Shown here: positions 1-10,381 of the stretch, piece by piece
Numbering within the stretch: position 1 is the stretch's first letter
Layout of the letters: the number at the start of each line of letters is the position of its first letter
Origin: Planctomycetota bacterium
GTDB taxonomy: Bacteria; Planctomycetota; B15-G4; JADJEK01
Direction of reading: 5' to 3'
DNA length: 64,000 bases
NCBI GenBank assembly: GCA_044225365.1
Contig: JBGAIQ010000012.1
Span: 32,001 to 96,000 of the forward strand
Made by a program: the position numbers and the translations under genes
Notes under the pieces: model-generated
Database searches by the model: none
Seen by the model: the letters and a program-made list of their open reading frames with translations, nothing else
What the model was told of the DNA's origin: nothing

Positions 1-723
1 CGTCACCGTGGCCACGATCACGCGCGCTCCACCGAGCTTCTGCAGTTCGGCCGCGGCGTCGCCTTTCTCGCTGTCGATGTAGGCGTGCGCGCCGAGTTCC
101 TTCGCGAGTGGTGCTTTGTCCTGTCCGCGCGCGATGGCGATCGTGCGAAAACCCATCTTCGAAGCGAACTGCACCCCAAGGTGCCCGAGGCCGCCGACGC
201 CGAGGATCGCGACGAGATCGCCGGGCTTCGCACCGCTGTTGCGGAGTGCGTTGTAGGTCGTGAGCCCCGCGCACATCAGAGGGGCTGCATCGATCGATGA
301 GAGATCCGCCGGTACTCGCGCGAGACCGCTCGCGAGCGCGCAGACGTAGTCGGCGTAGCCGCCGTCGCAGTTGATACCCGTGATCCGGCCCGTCGTCGTG
401 CAGCCGAAGAAGAGACCGCGGCGACACGGATCACAAGCGCCGCAGTATCCACCGTTCCAACCGATGCCGACGCGGTCTCCGACTTCGAATCCTGCGACGC
501 CCTTCGCGACGGCGTCGACGACACCCACGATCTCGTGTCCGGGAATGCGCGGGAAGGCGGAGCCGGGAAACAGTCCGTCCTTCGCGAACACGTCGCTGTG
601 ACACACACCACAGGCTTCCACTTTGACGCGCACTTCCCCGTGCGCGGGCTGCGGGATCGGTCGCTCCACGAGTTCGAAGGGGCCGCCGCGTTTGCCGACC
701 TGTACCGCTCGCATGTTCGCCAT
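1..723 (-). CDS. Zinc-dependent alcohol dehydrogenase (MDR family), 3' end truncated by window edge
   Basis: Not in the ORF track (no stop inside the window). Manual translation from ATG 723: MANMRAVQV...ACGVCHSD...PGHEIVG...CGACDPCRRG...C...GVGGLGHLG. These are the catalytic and structural Zn motifs plus the Rossmann GxGxxG. Confidence 0.93.
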   Translation of the reverse strand, partial: MANMRAVQVGKRGGPFELVERPIPQPAHGEVRVKVEACGVCHSDVFAKDGLFPGSAFPRIPGHEIVGVVDAVAKGVAGFEVGDRVGIGWNGGYCGACDPCRRGLFFGCTTTGRITGINCDGGYADYVCALASGLARVPADLSSIDAAPLMCAGLTTYNALRNSGAKPGDLVAILGVGGLGHLGVQFASKMGFRTIAIARGQDKAPLAKELGAHAYIDSEKGDAAAELQKLGGARVIVATVT

Positions 724-766
724 TTCGAGAGCTCTTTCGTCGATGCGCCTCGTTGGATGAGACGAT

Positions 767-800
767 AGCGCGCGATCGCGCAGCCGCACGATCGCGCGCT
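767..800. terminator. GC-rich stem-loop between the secreted protein gene and adh
   Basis: AGCGCGCGATCG...CGATCGCGCGCT 12-bp perfect inverted repeat. There is no U-tract, so terminator function is uncertain. Confidence 0.4.
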
Positions 801-825
801 TCCGCCGCGTCCGAGCCGCAGACGA

Positions 826-2073
826 TCAGGGAACGTTGACGTAGATCAACTGGTCGGTCGGCAGTGCGTTCCCGAGGATCGGGAAGGGGAAGGGTCCGCC
901 GATCGGCGCGGTGTAGTTGTCGGCGAGATCGGTGAATCCAGTGAGCGGGAGCCCGTTCGGCAGGAGCTTCGAGAAGCCGCCCCTCGAAGATCCGCCGTAT
1001 TCGATGGAGACGAACGTTCCGGTGCAGGCATCCGTGCGCAGGAAGAGACCTTCATCGACCCACACCGAAGCGTTGCTGGGATAAACCGTGGGGTTCGACC
1101 AGAAGCCGATGCTCGTGGTCATCATGTGGTACCACGGCAGGTTCGGGAAAGAGAAGTTGAGCGAGGTGAACGAGCCGCCGACGCCCGCCGTGTTCACGCA
1201 GGCGTTCGTTCCGTTGATGACGCGGAACGTGTGCTGCTTCGGGAACGTCGCGAAATTGCAGAGGCACGCGCCGCCGAGTCGCGTGATCGTGCCGCCGAGG
1301 ATGGGATCCTCGACGAAACAGCCGCCCGCCGCGGTCAGACTCACGTTGCGCGTCGCCTCGCCCTGGATCGGTCCCTGCGGCGAGAGTTGAACCGCCGGGA
1401 TGAACGTCTGCGCCGAGTTGTGCGGCGCGACGATGGCGAAACCCTTCGTGGGATGGAATGCGCCCGGCCTGCTCGAGAGCGACGGATTGTGGACGAAGAA
1501 GTCGTTCGCGTGATAGAGCACGAGCGTCGCGCGCGGCGGCACCCCGGTGCAGTTGCTGGCGTAGTCGAGGAAGCCGTAGAAGAACGCGGTGTTGTGCGGT
1601 CCGAAGGGCGCGATGCAGTTCGGGATCGGACAGAGCTGCGGGATACCGAAGGTCGCCACCTTCATGTCGGCCTTCGCCGCGAATCGCCAGACCTGGAACG
1701 GCGTGCCGGTGGAATCGAACTCCGTCCACGTGCGCGTGTAGTCGAGGGTCATCACGCCCGCGAGCAGCATGTTCCCCGATCCGACGTCGCGCACGAAGAT
1801 TTGCGACTGGAACTGGCCGCACACGGTCTGGACCGGCGCCGTCCAGTCGATCGTCTGCGGCGCTTGCTGAGTGGGGACGCAGTTGGTCCAGCAGATGCCG
1901 AGGCCTGGAATCTGAACTGCGGGAAACGTCGGCAGCGTCGCGAACGTCGGCGAGCAGCAGCTACCGATATTGAGATTGTCGGGTCCGCATTGCGCGAGCG
2001 CCTCGCCCGCGTTCGAAAGCCATGCCGCCGCGACGAGCAGGCCGAGACGGCCCGCGAGAGATCGGAACTTCAT
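826..2073 (-). CDS. Secreted cysteine-rich hypothetical protein (415 aa)
   Basis: AGGAG RBS; signal peptide ending ALA-Q; paired Cys motifs (CGPDNLNIGSCC, CWTNC, CPIPNC, CLC); no recognisable domain. Confidence 0.8.
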   Translation of the reverse strand: MKFRSLAGRLGLLVAAAWLSNAGEALAQCGPDNLNIGSCCSPTFATLPTFPAVQIPGLGICWTNCVPTQQAPQTIDWTAPVQTVCGQFQSQIFVRDVGSGNMLLAGVMTLDYTRTWTEFDSTGTPFQVWRFAAKADMKVATFGIPQLCPIPNCIAPFGPHNTAFFYGFLDYASNCTGVPPRATLVLYHANDFFVHNPSLSSRPGAFHPTKGFAIVAPHNSAQTFIPAVQLSPQGPIQGEATRNVSLTAAGGCFVEDPILGGTITRLGGACLCNFATFPKQHTFRVINGTNACVNTAGVGGSFTSLNFSFPNLPWYHMMTTSIGFWSNPTVYPSNASVWVDEGLFLRTDACTGTFVSIEYGGSSRGGFSKLLPNGLPLTGFTDLADNYTAPIGGPFPFPILGNALPTDQLIYVNVP

Positions 2074-2158
2074 GATGCCTCTCCTGGATTATGAGACCGA
2101 ATCATCCGCCGGCGGCATGAACGAGCCGTGGGCCCGGATCCCGAAACGACGCGTTCGA

Positions 2159-3106
2159 TCATAACCGGAGGGAACGCGATAGAGCGGCCGCCACGCTCGC
2201 CGCGACGCGGGCCGCATTGCCCTGGATCGCGCGGTGCGCCTCGAACCAGCCCTTCTCGCACGTTCCGTCGAAGATGCAATTCTTACGAACTTCGAGTACG
2301 AATGCGCGCGGCGCCGCCATTTCGGATCGTCGCGCCGCGTGGTGCAGTCGAACCTCGATGGCGCCGTTCGGCAGCAGATAGGGATCGTTGCGCTTCACCT
2401 CGTGGCCTTCGGCGCGCAGCCCTTTTTCGAGCGTGTTCATGAAGCCAGGTTCACACGTCGATCGCAGATCGTCGCTGCGGAGTTCGGGTTCGCGATAGTT
2501 CGGAAGTGCGATTTCACCGCGCGCGACCGATTCGGGGAGATCGAGGAGCGAGAGAGCGGGGCGCGCCGATCCGTCCGGAGACACGGGGTCGTAGGTGTGC
2601 ACGCCGATCGCGACGCATCCCGGCTGCGCCGCGAGCACCGTGTCGACGATTCCGCGTTCGATGGCGGCGTGCGCCGCATTCAGCCACTCGATCCGTTCGC
2701 GATCGAGTGCGACGGTGACATCGCTCGATACGGCGAGTCGGGACGTGTGCGGCGTCAGTCCGTCGTCGAGGCCGAAGAATCGCCCGGCATCGAGCAAGGC
2801 TCGCGCGAGCCGCACGCGGAGGCGCGATGCGAGACCGAGCTCACGCGCAAGCTCGCAGGCGACGGCATCCGCGCCGAAGTCCCGCTCGCGAGTGAATGCC
2901 GACGCGAACTCGGCCGTGAGCCCGCCGTGATCGCGCGCGAAAGGCGGATCGGCGAACAGGTCGGGGACGATGTCGCCGTCGTGGATCGAGTAGACGACGA
3001 CGCGGCCGTCGAGATTGCCGGTTCTGCCTTCGCTCGCGACGAGTTCCAATACATCGGAGATGTCGAGAGCTCGAATCTGCGGCGCGATCGGATCCGGCTC
3101 GCTCAT
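2159..3106 (-). CDS. N-formylglutamate amidohydrolase-like protein
   Basis: Motifs SIHDG, ERDFGA, GVHTYDP, RNDPY and LEVRK resemble the Zn-hydrolase FGase family; directly downstream of leuS. Confidence 0.6.
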   Translation of the reverse strand: MSEPDPIAPQIRALDISDVLELVASEGRTGNLDGRVVVYSIHDGDIVPDLFADPPFARDHGGLTAEFASAFTRERDFGADAVACELARELGLASRLRVRLARALLDAGRFFGLDDGLTPHTSRLAVSSDVTVALDRERIEWLNAAHAAIERGIVDTVLAAQPGCVAIGVHTYDPVSPDGSARPALSLLDLPESVARGEIALPNYREPELRSDDLRSTCEPGFMNTLEKGLRAEGHEVKRNDPYLLPNGAIEVRLHHAARRSEMAAPRAFVLEVRKNCIFDGTCEKGWFEAHRAIQGNAARVAASVAAALSRSLRL

Positions 3107-3113
3107 CGGCGAG

Positions 3114-5537
3114 TCAGCCCTTCACGGCGATCGTGACGAGACGGCCCTTCACGTAGAGGAACTTCACGATCTCCTTGCCCGCGACCGCGGCGGCGACCTT
3201 CTCGCTCGCGAGCGCGAGCGGGCGAACGGCGGCGTCGTCGGCATCGGCCGGGACCATGATGCGATCCTTGATCTTGCCGTTCACCTGAACCGCGACTTCG
3301 ACCGTGTCGTCGACGAGCCACTTCGGATCCGCGATCGGGAAGCTCGCGTGCGAAACGCCGCCCGTCCCGCCGAGGCGTTCATGGATCTCTTCGGCCATGT
3401 GCGGCGCGTACGGTGCGAGCAAGAGAGCGAAGGTCAGGAGCGCGGACTTCGGCCGCACGGTCTGCTTCGTCATCTCGTTGACGAAGACCATCATCGACGA
3501 GATCGCCGTGTTGAAGCGCAGTGCGTCCGTGTCGGCCCTCACCTTGTCGATCGTGCGGTGGAGCAGCTTGTTCAGCTCGTCGCTGAGCGGGACGTCTTGC
3601 ACGCTTTCGAGCAGTTCGTCCGTGCGGTCGTCGAAGTAGAGGCGCCACACGCGATTCAGGAAGTGGCGCGCGCCTTCGAGGCTCGTGGTGCTCCACGGCT
3701 TCTCGACGTCGATCGGGCCCATGAACATCTCGTACACGCGCAATGCGTCCGCGCCGACGTTGTCGACGACGTCGTTCGGGTTCACGACGTTGCCGTAGCG
3801 CTTCGACATCTTGCGGTTGTCCTCGCCGAGGATCATGCCCTGGTTGACGAGACGCTTGTACGGTTCGTCGACGGGGCAGAGGCCGAGGTCGAAGAGGAAC
3901 TTGGTCCAGAAGCGCGAGTAGATGAGATGGCCGACGGCGTGCTCGGCGCCGCCGATGTAGAGGTCGACGGGCATCCATCGCTTCGCGAGTTCGAGATCGC
4001 AGAAGACCGTGTCGTTCTTCGGATCGATGAAGCGCAGGAAGTACCACGACGAGCCCGCCGAGCCGGGCATGGTGTCCGTCTCGCGGCGCGCGGGCGCGCC
4101 CGTGCCTGGGACCTTCGTCTTCACCCAGTCCGCGGCCCGCGCGAGCGGTGATTCGCCCGTGCCCGTCGGCTGGTAGTTCTCGATGCGCGGCAGCTCGAGC
4201 GGCAGATGCTCGAACGGCAGGGCGTGCACTTTGCCGGCGTCATCGATCACGGTCGGGATCGGCTCGCCCCAGAACCGCTGGCGGGCGAAGATCCAATCGC
4301 GCATGCGATAGCGGATCTGTCGTTTGCCGATGCCCTGGCTCTCGAGCCACGAGTTCATCTTTGCGATCGCGGGCTGGTTCGTGAGACCGTCGAGGATGCC
4401 GGAGTTCACGTGCGGGCCGTCGCCGTCGTAGGCGGCCTTCGTCACGTCGCCGCCCGAAACGACCTCGACGATGGGGAGGCCGAACTTCTTCGCGAAGGCG
4501 TGGTCGCGCTCGTCGTGCCCCGGCACGCACATGATCGCGCCGGTGCCGTAATTCATGAGCACGTAGTCGGCCACCCAGATCGGGATCGGTCGACCCGTTG
4601 CGGGATTCGTCGCATGCGCACCGGTGAAGACGCCGCTCTTGCCCGCCTCGGGGCCCGAGCGCGCGACGTCGGACTTCGCCGCCGCCTCGGCGCGATAGGC
4701 GTCGATGGCCGCGCGCTGCGCGGAACTCGTGATGCGGTCGACGAGCGGATGCTCCGGCGCGACCACGCAGAACGTGGCGCCGAACATGGTGTCGGGTCGC
4801 GTCGTGAAGATCTCGAGCCGAGCATCGTGACCGACGATCGGAAACGCGGCGTCCGCGCCCTCGCTCTTGCCGATGCGATCGCGCTGCATTGCCTTGATCG
4901 ACTCGGGGAAGTCGACCTTGTCGAGACCGTCGAGCAGCCGATCCGCGTACTTCGTGATGCGCAGCATCCACTGCTGCATCGGGCGGCGCACGACGGGATG
5001 CCCGCCGCGCTCGCTCTTGCCGTCGATGATCTCGTCGTTCGCGAGCACGGTGCCGAGCGCCGGGCACCAATTGACGAGCATCTCGGTCTTGTAGGCGAGA
5101 TCGTTCTCGAGCAGCTTCAGGAAGATCCACTGCGTCCACTTGAAGAACGCCGGATCGCAGGTGCCGACCTCGCGCTCCCAATCGTAGGAGAACCCGACGC
5201 GCTGGAGCTGCGTGCGGAAGTTGTCGATGTTCGCCCGCGTCGTGACCTCGGGGTGCATTCCCTTCTCGATCGCGTACTGCTCGGCGGGCAGGCCGAACGC
5301 GTCCCAGCCCATCGGGTGCATCACTTCGAAGCCGCACATCCGCTTGAAGCGCGCGACGATGTCGGAGGCCGTGTATCCCTCGACGTGGCCGACATGAAGT
5401 CCCGCGCCCGACGGATACGGGAACATGTCGAGCACGTAGTACTTGGGCTTGCTCGACCTCGCGTCGGTGCAGAACGTCCGTCGCTCCGCCCACCGCTTCT
5501 GCCACTTGCTCTCGATCTTGCTCGGGTCGTACGCCAT
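3114..5537 (-). CDS. leuS: Leucine--tRNA ligase
   Basis: MFPYPSGAGLHVGH (HIGH), GWDAFGLPAE, FTTRPDT, GTGAIM (editing domain), KMSKR, C-terminal VQVNGK. Confidence 0.99.
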   Translation of the reverse strand: MAYDPSKIESKWQKRWAERRTFCTDARSSKPKYYVLDMFPYPSGAGLHVGHVEGYTASDIVARFKRMCGFEVMHPMGWDAFGLPAEQYAIEKGMHPEVTTRANIDNFRTQLQRVGFSYDWEREVGTCDPAFFKWTQWIFLKLLENDLAYKTEMLVNWCPALGTVLANDEIIDGKSERGGHPVVRRPMQQWMLRITKYADRLLDGLDKVDFPESIKAMQRDRIGKSEGADAAFPIVGHDARLEIFTTRPDTMFGATFCVVAPEHPLVDRITSSAQRAAIDAYRAEAAAKSDVARSGPEAGKSGVFTGAHATNPATGRPIPIWVADYVLMNYGTGAIMCVPGHDERDHAFAKKFGLPIVEVVSGGDVTKAAYDGDGPHVNSGILDGLTNQPAIAKMNSWLESQGIGKRQIRYRMRDWIFARQRFWGEPIPTVIDDAGKVHALPFEHLPLELPRIENYQPTGTGESPLARAADWVKTKVPGTGAPARRETDTMPGSAGSSWYFLRFIDPKNDTVFCDLELAKRWMPVDLYIGGAEHAVGHLIYSRFWTKFLFDLGLCPVDEPYKRLVNQGMILGEDNRKMSKRYGNVVNPNDVVDNVGADALRVYEMFMGPIDVEKPWSTTSLEGARHFLNRVWRLYFDDRTDELLESVQDVPLSDELNKLLHRTIDKVRADTDALRFNTAISSMMVFVNEMTKQTVRPKSALLTFALLLAPYAPHMAEEIHERLGGTGGVSHASFPIADPKWLVDDTVEVAVQVNGKIKDRIMVPADADDAAVRPLALASEKVAAAVAGKEIVKFLYVKGRLVTIAVKG

Positions 5538-6065
5538 GGGATGCCGGCCTTGGGATTCACACGAAACGGGGGATCATAGCAGTCCAAGGCGGCATCGCGA
5601 TGCCGCGATGCCCTGGCGGGGCGAGATGGCCGCGACCATGCGCGATGGGAGGAACGAGTCGCGGAACGTCGCAGATGGAGGCTTCCTCTGCGGCCTCACC
5701 TGGCCGCACGCAGATCGCGGAGGAGACCTCGTTGCGTTCCGCGTACACGATGGAATCGAGAGGGCTCGCGAGCGCGTCGTCATGACCTGTGTTGAATCGC
5801 TTGCCCGCGCGGAGAGGGATTACGCTTCGGAATCCCTCGGTTACGAATCCGTATCGATCGATCCCGCGACCGGGTGGGGAATCACGAGAAGAATATTGAT
5901 AAACTTGCAAGTGGGATCGCCTAACAAAAGGGGCGGGGCGTGGTTGTGCCGGGGCCATTCTCGACTCGAGGACTCGCCGGCGAGTTGGCCCCATCGTTGC
6001 GAGCCGTCGATGACGCGCCCTTCGCGCATCCATCGCGATCCCGGCCACCAACGAGGTACAGTTCG

Positions 6066-6899
6066 ATGACGACTCAGCATCGGTTCATGCCGTTCCTACT
6101 CGCCTTGATCTGCGCGACGACGCTTCCGCTCGCATCGGGATCCACCCAGACCGTCGCGTGCGGTGTCCCGGGTGTCTCGGTCGTATATGATCCCGTCGTG
6201 AGCGCTGGCACTCTGGTCACGATGACGATCAACAATCGAAGCGCCTTCGACCTCTTGTTCACTTCGAATTGTTATCTCGGCGCAATTTACTATGGGTCGT
6301 CTTGCTCCGGGCTCCCGGCGTCGAAGGCTTACTGCGGAGCGGTGGATATTTTGCTGCCGAAGGACACTTCCGTGACCACGAACAGCGTGGCGTCAACTTA
6401 TGTCCTATCACCGGGTCCCTACTTCGTTCCGATCACCTACTCGGCCGGAGGCGTCGTCTTCAAGTGCTGCCTCCCGATCACGATCCAATCCGGGCTTCAG
6501 TTCTACGGTCCGAGCAAGCCCGGCACCGACGGAGTGAGTCCAAACCTCGGCGTGGTCCCGCAAACGGGTCCCAAGATCGGGACGAAGTTCCTGCTCGAAC
6601 TGAGATCACCCGCGAACGACGTTCCCGCGGTGCTCTTGATGGGAGGCGCAGCGGCTTCAGTCCCTCTTCCGTGGGGAACGCTCCTCGTGGCGACGACGCC
6701 TCCTTTCATTGCAGCGCCCCTCTTCATCGATCAACCGTTCCCATTTGGACCCGGGGGATCGGCCACCATCTCCTTCCAGCTTCCGAATGTTCCGGCGCTG
6801 GTCGGATTCACGGGTTTCGTGCAAGCCGTAGTTCAAGATCCCGGGGCGGCCGGAGGAGTCTCGCACACCAACGGCATGAAGATCACCGTCGGCATCTGA
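6066..6899 (+). CDS. Secreted hypothetical protein with conserved C-terminal putative sorting domain
   Basis: ATG 6066 with signal peptide (MTTQHRFMPFLLALICATTLPLASG); Cys-containing beta-rich N-domain; C-terminal YG..KPGTDGVSPNL...PLPWGTLLV...VQAVVQDPGAAGGVSHTNGMKITV. Confidence 0.8.
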   Translation: MTTQHRFMPFLLALICATTLPLASGSTQTVACGVPGVSVVYDPVVSAGTLVTMTINNRSAFDLLFTSNCYLGAIYYGSSCSGLPASKAYCGAVDILLPKDTSVTTNSVASTYVLSPGPYFVPITYSAGGVVFKCCLPITIQSGLQFYGPSKPGTDGVSPNLGVVPQTGPKIGTKFLLELRSPANDVPAVLLMGGAAASVPLPWGTLLVATTPPFIAAPLFIDQPFPFGPGGSATISFQLPNVPALVGFTGFVQAVVQDPGAAGGVSHTNGMKITVGI

Positions 6900-7140
6900 C
6901 CGCGTGCGCGCGGAGTCAGAAGGACCGTTCACGATTCGGACCGGCCTGCGACCGGCGACGAGCCGCGGATGCATCGTCGGACCTGCTCAACGGGTCCTTT
7001 CGCAGGGCGGTTCTGTACAGTGCGCTTCGGGATCGTTCGCCCACCACGCTCGGGCGCATCGCGCATTCGTTGGAATGCTCCAAGGCGGAACGAGCGACGG
7101 AACGGCTGGAGCTCGTGAAATGCATGCCTCTAGGAATCGA

Positions 7141-7929
7141 ATGAACGGTCTCACGTTCTTCTCGCTGCTGCGGACATGCGTGCTCTTGGTCCTGGGTTCC
7201 ATTCCATCTGCGTGCGTTGCGGGATCGAGCGAGACGACGCACCGCGAGATCGAGGTCCTTCTCCACGATGCGTCACGGGACCGCGACGTGCCGATCGTGA
7301 TCTACGAACCCGAATCCTCCCGACCCGCATCGCGCGTGGTCTTCATCAGCGGCGGCTATGGCGGGGAGACGACGGCGTACTCGTTCATTGCGCGCGATTT
7401 CACCGCACGCGGCGACCTCGTCGTGAGCATCCAGCACAACCTGCCTGGCGATGCGCCCATCGCGACGGAGGGCGATCTAAGAACGCTTCGAATGCCCGTC
7501 TGGCGACGAGGCGAAGCGACGATCCATTTCGTGAAGCATGAACTCGCGAGTCGATATCCACAGTTCGATTGGACGCGATTGATCCTGATCGGGCATTCGA
7601 ACGGCGGCGACATCTCGACGATCACGGCGACGGACGATCCCGCGCTCGTTTCGCATCTCATCACACTCGATCATCGTCGCGTGCCGCTGCCTCGATCGAT
7701 GGCGACGCGGGTCTTGTCGATCAGGGCCTCGGAGTACGAAGCTGACCCCGGTGTCTTGCCCGACGCGCGGGAAGCGGAGGAGTTCGGCATGACCATCGTT
7801 CGATTCGAGAACACGTCCCATATCGCGTTGTCGAACGTAGGGGACGAAGCCCTGAGGAAGTGCGTGCTCGACGTGATTCACGAATTCCTCGATCGCGATG
7901 CGCAAGCGACCGTGGCGCTCCCCCGATAG
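7141..7929 (+). CDS. Alpha/beta hydrolase (possibly exported)
   Basis: GHSNGG nucleophile elbow, SGGYGG oxyanion loop, C-terminal His (TSHIAL); start ATG 7141. Confidence 0.85.
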   Translation: MNGLTFFSLLRTCVLLVLGSIPSACVAGSSETTHREIEVLLHDASRDRDVPIVIYEPESSRPASRVVFISGGYGGETTAYSFIARDFTARGDLVVSIQHNLPGDAPIATEGDLRTLRMPVWRRGEATIHFVKHELASRYPQFDWTRLILIGHSNGGDISTITATDDPALVSHLITLDHRRVPLPRSMATRVLSIRASEYEADPGVLPDAREAEEFGMTIVRFENTSHIALSNVGDEALRKCVLDVIHEFLDRDAQATVALPR

Positions 7930-7941
7930 CCGATAGCAAAG

Positions 7942-8469
7942 ATGGCACCGCTTCGACGATCAAAGAAGAGAACCGAATCGAGCGCGGTCCGCGAGGCGCT
8001 TGCTCGGTTCGAATCCGCCAAGACGAAGGATGAGAGCGAGGATCGTCTCGACGACCTCGCCCGGATCGCCGGCCATCATGTTTCGGAGATCCTCGACTTG
8101 TACTCGCGAGGATCGAGGTCGGCGTTCGCGCTCGTCTGGTGCCTCCAAGGTGTACGAGAGCCACGGGTGGTCGAGTTCTTCGAGAGCGCCTTGCGCGATC
8201 GGGACGCGTTCATTCGCTGGGCGGCCGCCGAGGGGCTGAAGCACTGTGAGGACGAGCGGCTGATTCCCGTGTTCTGTCGTGCGCTTCGTGATCGCGCCCA
8301 TCTGGTGAAGGCTGTGGCGATCGAGTGGCTGGGAACACACGGAGACGATCGCGCCATCGCGCCGCTCGAGCGACTCTTCGAGCTAAGAAGTCTCGAGAAG
8401 AGCGCGCCCGGTCTCCTCACGGCGGCGGCCCGATCGATCTCGAGCATTCGCGCGCGCATGAGCGAGTGA
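7942..8469 (+). CDS. HEAT-repeat protein
   Basis: Repeated ALRDRDAFIRWAAAEGL / ALRDRAHLVKAVAIEWLG...RAIAPL (PBS-lyase-type HEAT). Confidence 0.8.
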   Translation: MAPLRRSKKRTESSAVREALARFESAKTKDESEDRLDDLARIAGHHVSEILDLYSRGSRSAFALVWCLQGVREPRVVEFFESALRDRDAFIRWAAAEGLKHCEDERLIPVFCRALRDRAHLVKAVAIEWLGTHGDDRAIAPLERLFELRSLEKSAPGLLTAAARSISSIRARMSE

Positions 8470-8601
8470 CGAAGGCGATCGCGATCTCCTTCGATGCAGA
8501 CGAGGAGCGAAGGCCATGCTATCGGGGTGCCGATCCCGCGATCCTCGATCGCGAAGACCGTGGGATCGAACCGTGAACCCCGAACGAAAAGGTAGAAGTC
8601 C

Positions 8602-9345
8602 ATGGACAAGCGACTCCAGAATCGAACCGCATTCGTCACGGGCGGGAGTCGTGGAATCGGCGCCGCGATCGTGAGAAGACTCGCGAGCGAGGGAGCGAGC
8701 GTGGCATTGACCTACGTCAGCCGTTCGGATCAGGCGGAAGACACTGCTCGTGCCGCGCGCGCCCTTGGCGTGAAGGCGATGGCGATCAAGGCGGACAGCG
8801 CGGAACCGATTGCCGTGGCTGCGGCCGTCGACCAGGCAGCGGAAGAATTCGGAGGGATCGACATCGCCGTCTGCAATGCGGGCATCGCCGTGATGGCGCC
8901 CGTCGAGCGATTCACTCTACAGGAGTTCGATCGTATGATCGCGATCAACATCCGCTCCGCGTTCGCCGTCATCCAAGCCGCGGCCCGACACATGAAGACG
9001 AACGGCCGCGCGATCACGATTGGGAGCTGCAATGCCGAACGCATGCCGTTCGCGGGCGGCGCAGTGTACGCGATGACGAAAGCCGCGCTCGTTGGGCTGG
9101 TGAAGGGCCTGGCGCGCGATCTCGGGCCGCGCGGAATCACGGTGAACAACATCCAACCGGGGCCGGTCGATACGGACATGAATCCCGCGAACTCGGAATT
9201 CGCAGCGACGCTCAAGACGTTGATGGCGCTCCCCCGCTACGGCGCCGCAGACGAGATCGCGGGAATGGTCGCATACCTTGCGAGTCAGGAAGCGGGTTTC
9301 GTCACGGGAGCCAGTCTGACGATCGACGGCGGGTTCACGGCGTAA
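8602..9345 (+). CDS. SDR family oxidoreductase (FabG/BdcA-like)
   Basis: TGGSRGIG, CNAG, YAMTK, VNNIQPGPVDTDMNP, IDGG. Confidence 0.95.
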   Translation: MDKRLQNRTAFVTGGSRGIGAAIVRRLASEGASVALTYVSRSDQAEDTARAARALGVKAMAIKADSAEPIAVAAAVDQAAEEFGGIDIAVCNAGIAVMAPVERFTLQEFDRMIAINIRSAFAVIQAAARHMKTNGRAITIGSCNAERMPFAGGAVYAMTKAALVGLVKGLARDLGPRGITVNNIQPGPVDTDMNPANSEFAATLKTLMALPRYGAADEIAGMVAYLASQEAGFVTGASLTIDGGFTA

Positions 9346-9391
9346 TCGATCACGGCTCTCATCACCGACTGCGGAGAGGTATGCTGATCCG

Positions 9392-9880
9392 ATGCGCTAC
9401 GCGATGCGACAAAAGCTGTTCTGTTTTGGGGACGACTTCACGATCCAGGACGAAGAAGGACGCGATCGCTACTATGTCGATGGGGCAGCGTTTAGCTTCG
9501 GCGATCGACTGTCGTTCGAGGACATGGAGAGACGAGAGCTCGCACACATCAGCGAGCGATTGCTTTCCTGGGGCCCGACGTACGAGATCCATCGTGGGGA
9601 TCGATTGGCTGCGGTCGTCAAGAAGTCGATCTTCACTCTGTTCAACTGCCGGTTCTCGGTGGACGTTCCCGGTCCCGACGATCTCGAAGCCGAGGGCAGC
9701 TTCACCGATCATGAATACACGATCCACCGCGCCGGACGCGTAGTCGCCACGGTCTCGAAGCGCTGGTTCTCGTTCACCGACTCCTATGGTGTCGACATCG
9801 CGAGCGGCGAGGACGATGTTCTCATTCTCGCGTGTACGGTCGTCATCGACATGGCGTGCCACCCGGATGAGAAGCGTTGA
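9392..9880 (+). CDS. LURP-one-related (tubby-like) protein
   Basis: MRQKLFCFGDDFTI...VDG..FSFGD...VSKRWFSFTDSYGVDI...VVIDM pattern typical of the LOR/YxjI family. Confidence 0.85.
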   Translation: MRYAMRQKLFCFGDDFTIQDEEGRDRYYVDGAAFSFGDRLSFEDMERRELAHISERLLSWGPTYEIHRGDRLAAVVKKSIFTLFNCRFSVDVPGPDDLEAEGSFTDHEYTIHRAGRVVATVSKRWFSFTDSYGVDIASGEDDVLILACTVVIDMACHPDEKR

Positions 9881-9902
9881 ACGGCTCGCCGATCGCTCGC
9901 GT

Positions 9903-10274
9903 TCAGCGTAGGCGGTTCGCCGCGACCGCAACGCTCAAGAGTGCGAGGCCAAAGAGTCCGAGGTAGACGCAGAGTCGAATCGACCGAGGGCTGTGTCGAT
10001 TCGCTGTGCCCATCCAGAACGAACCCAGCCAGCGATGGTCGGAGAGTCCGGCCGACACCGAACCGAGGAACATGGCGCCGCCCCAAACCCAATACGCGAA
10101 GAGATCGGGCTCAAGCCAGCTCGAATGGACCGGGAATCGTCGGAAGTGCAGGAGATCGCTCGAATCACGAAGGCCGTAGTAAGCAAGGAACGCACCGAGC
10201 CCGGCGCCGGATACGAAGAAGATCGCCCAAGCCATCCAGTCAGCGCGGGTCTCTCCCCTTGGGCACTTCGTCAT
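9903..10274 (-). CDS. Small hypothetical membrane protein (about 3 TM)
   Basis: Three hydrophobic segments; fills an otherwise empty gap; no recognisable family. Confidence 0.5.
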   Translation of the reverse strand: MTKCPRGETRADWMAWAIFFVSGAGLGAFLAYYGLRDSSDLLHFRRFPVHSSWLEPDLFAYWVWGGAMFLGSVSAGLSDHRWLGSFWMGTANRHSPRSIRLCVYLGLFGLALLSVAVAANRLR

Positions 10275-10381
10275 CCGAGTCCTACACCGGAAGTTTCGTT
10301 CGTGGGGGGCCGAAGCCTACTACAGTAGAACGTCGTCGATTCAAATCGACTTCGAGTCCGATGACGGAGAAGTGTTCCTTC

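Noticed and set aside
276-611. 111-aa minus-strand ORF at the window start
   Set aside because: Wrong frame. The real gene is the alcohol dehydrogenase from 723 running off the window edge.
5538-6065. Long intergenic region upstream of leuS (possible T-box or ncRNA; ORFs 5557..6051 and 5443..6069)
   Set aside because: No T-box motif or recognisable RNA family. The ORFs lack coding-like composition. Most likely divergent promoters, with an AT-rich patch near 5885-5930.
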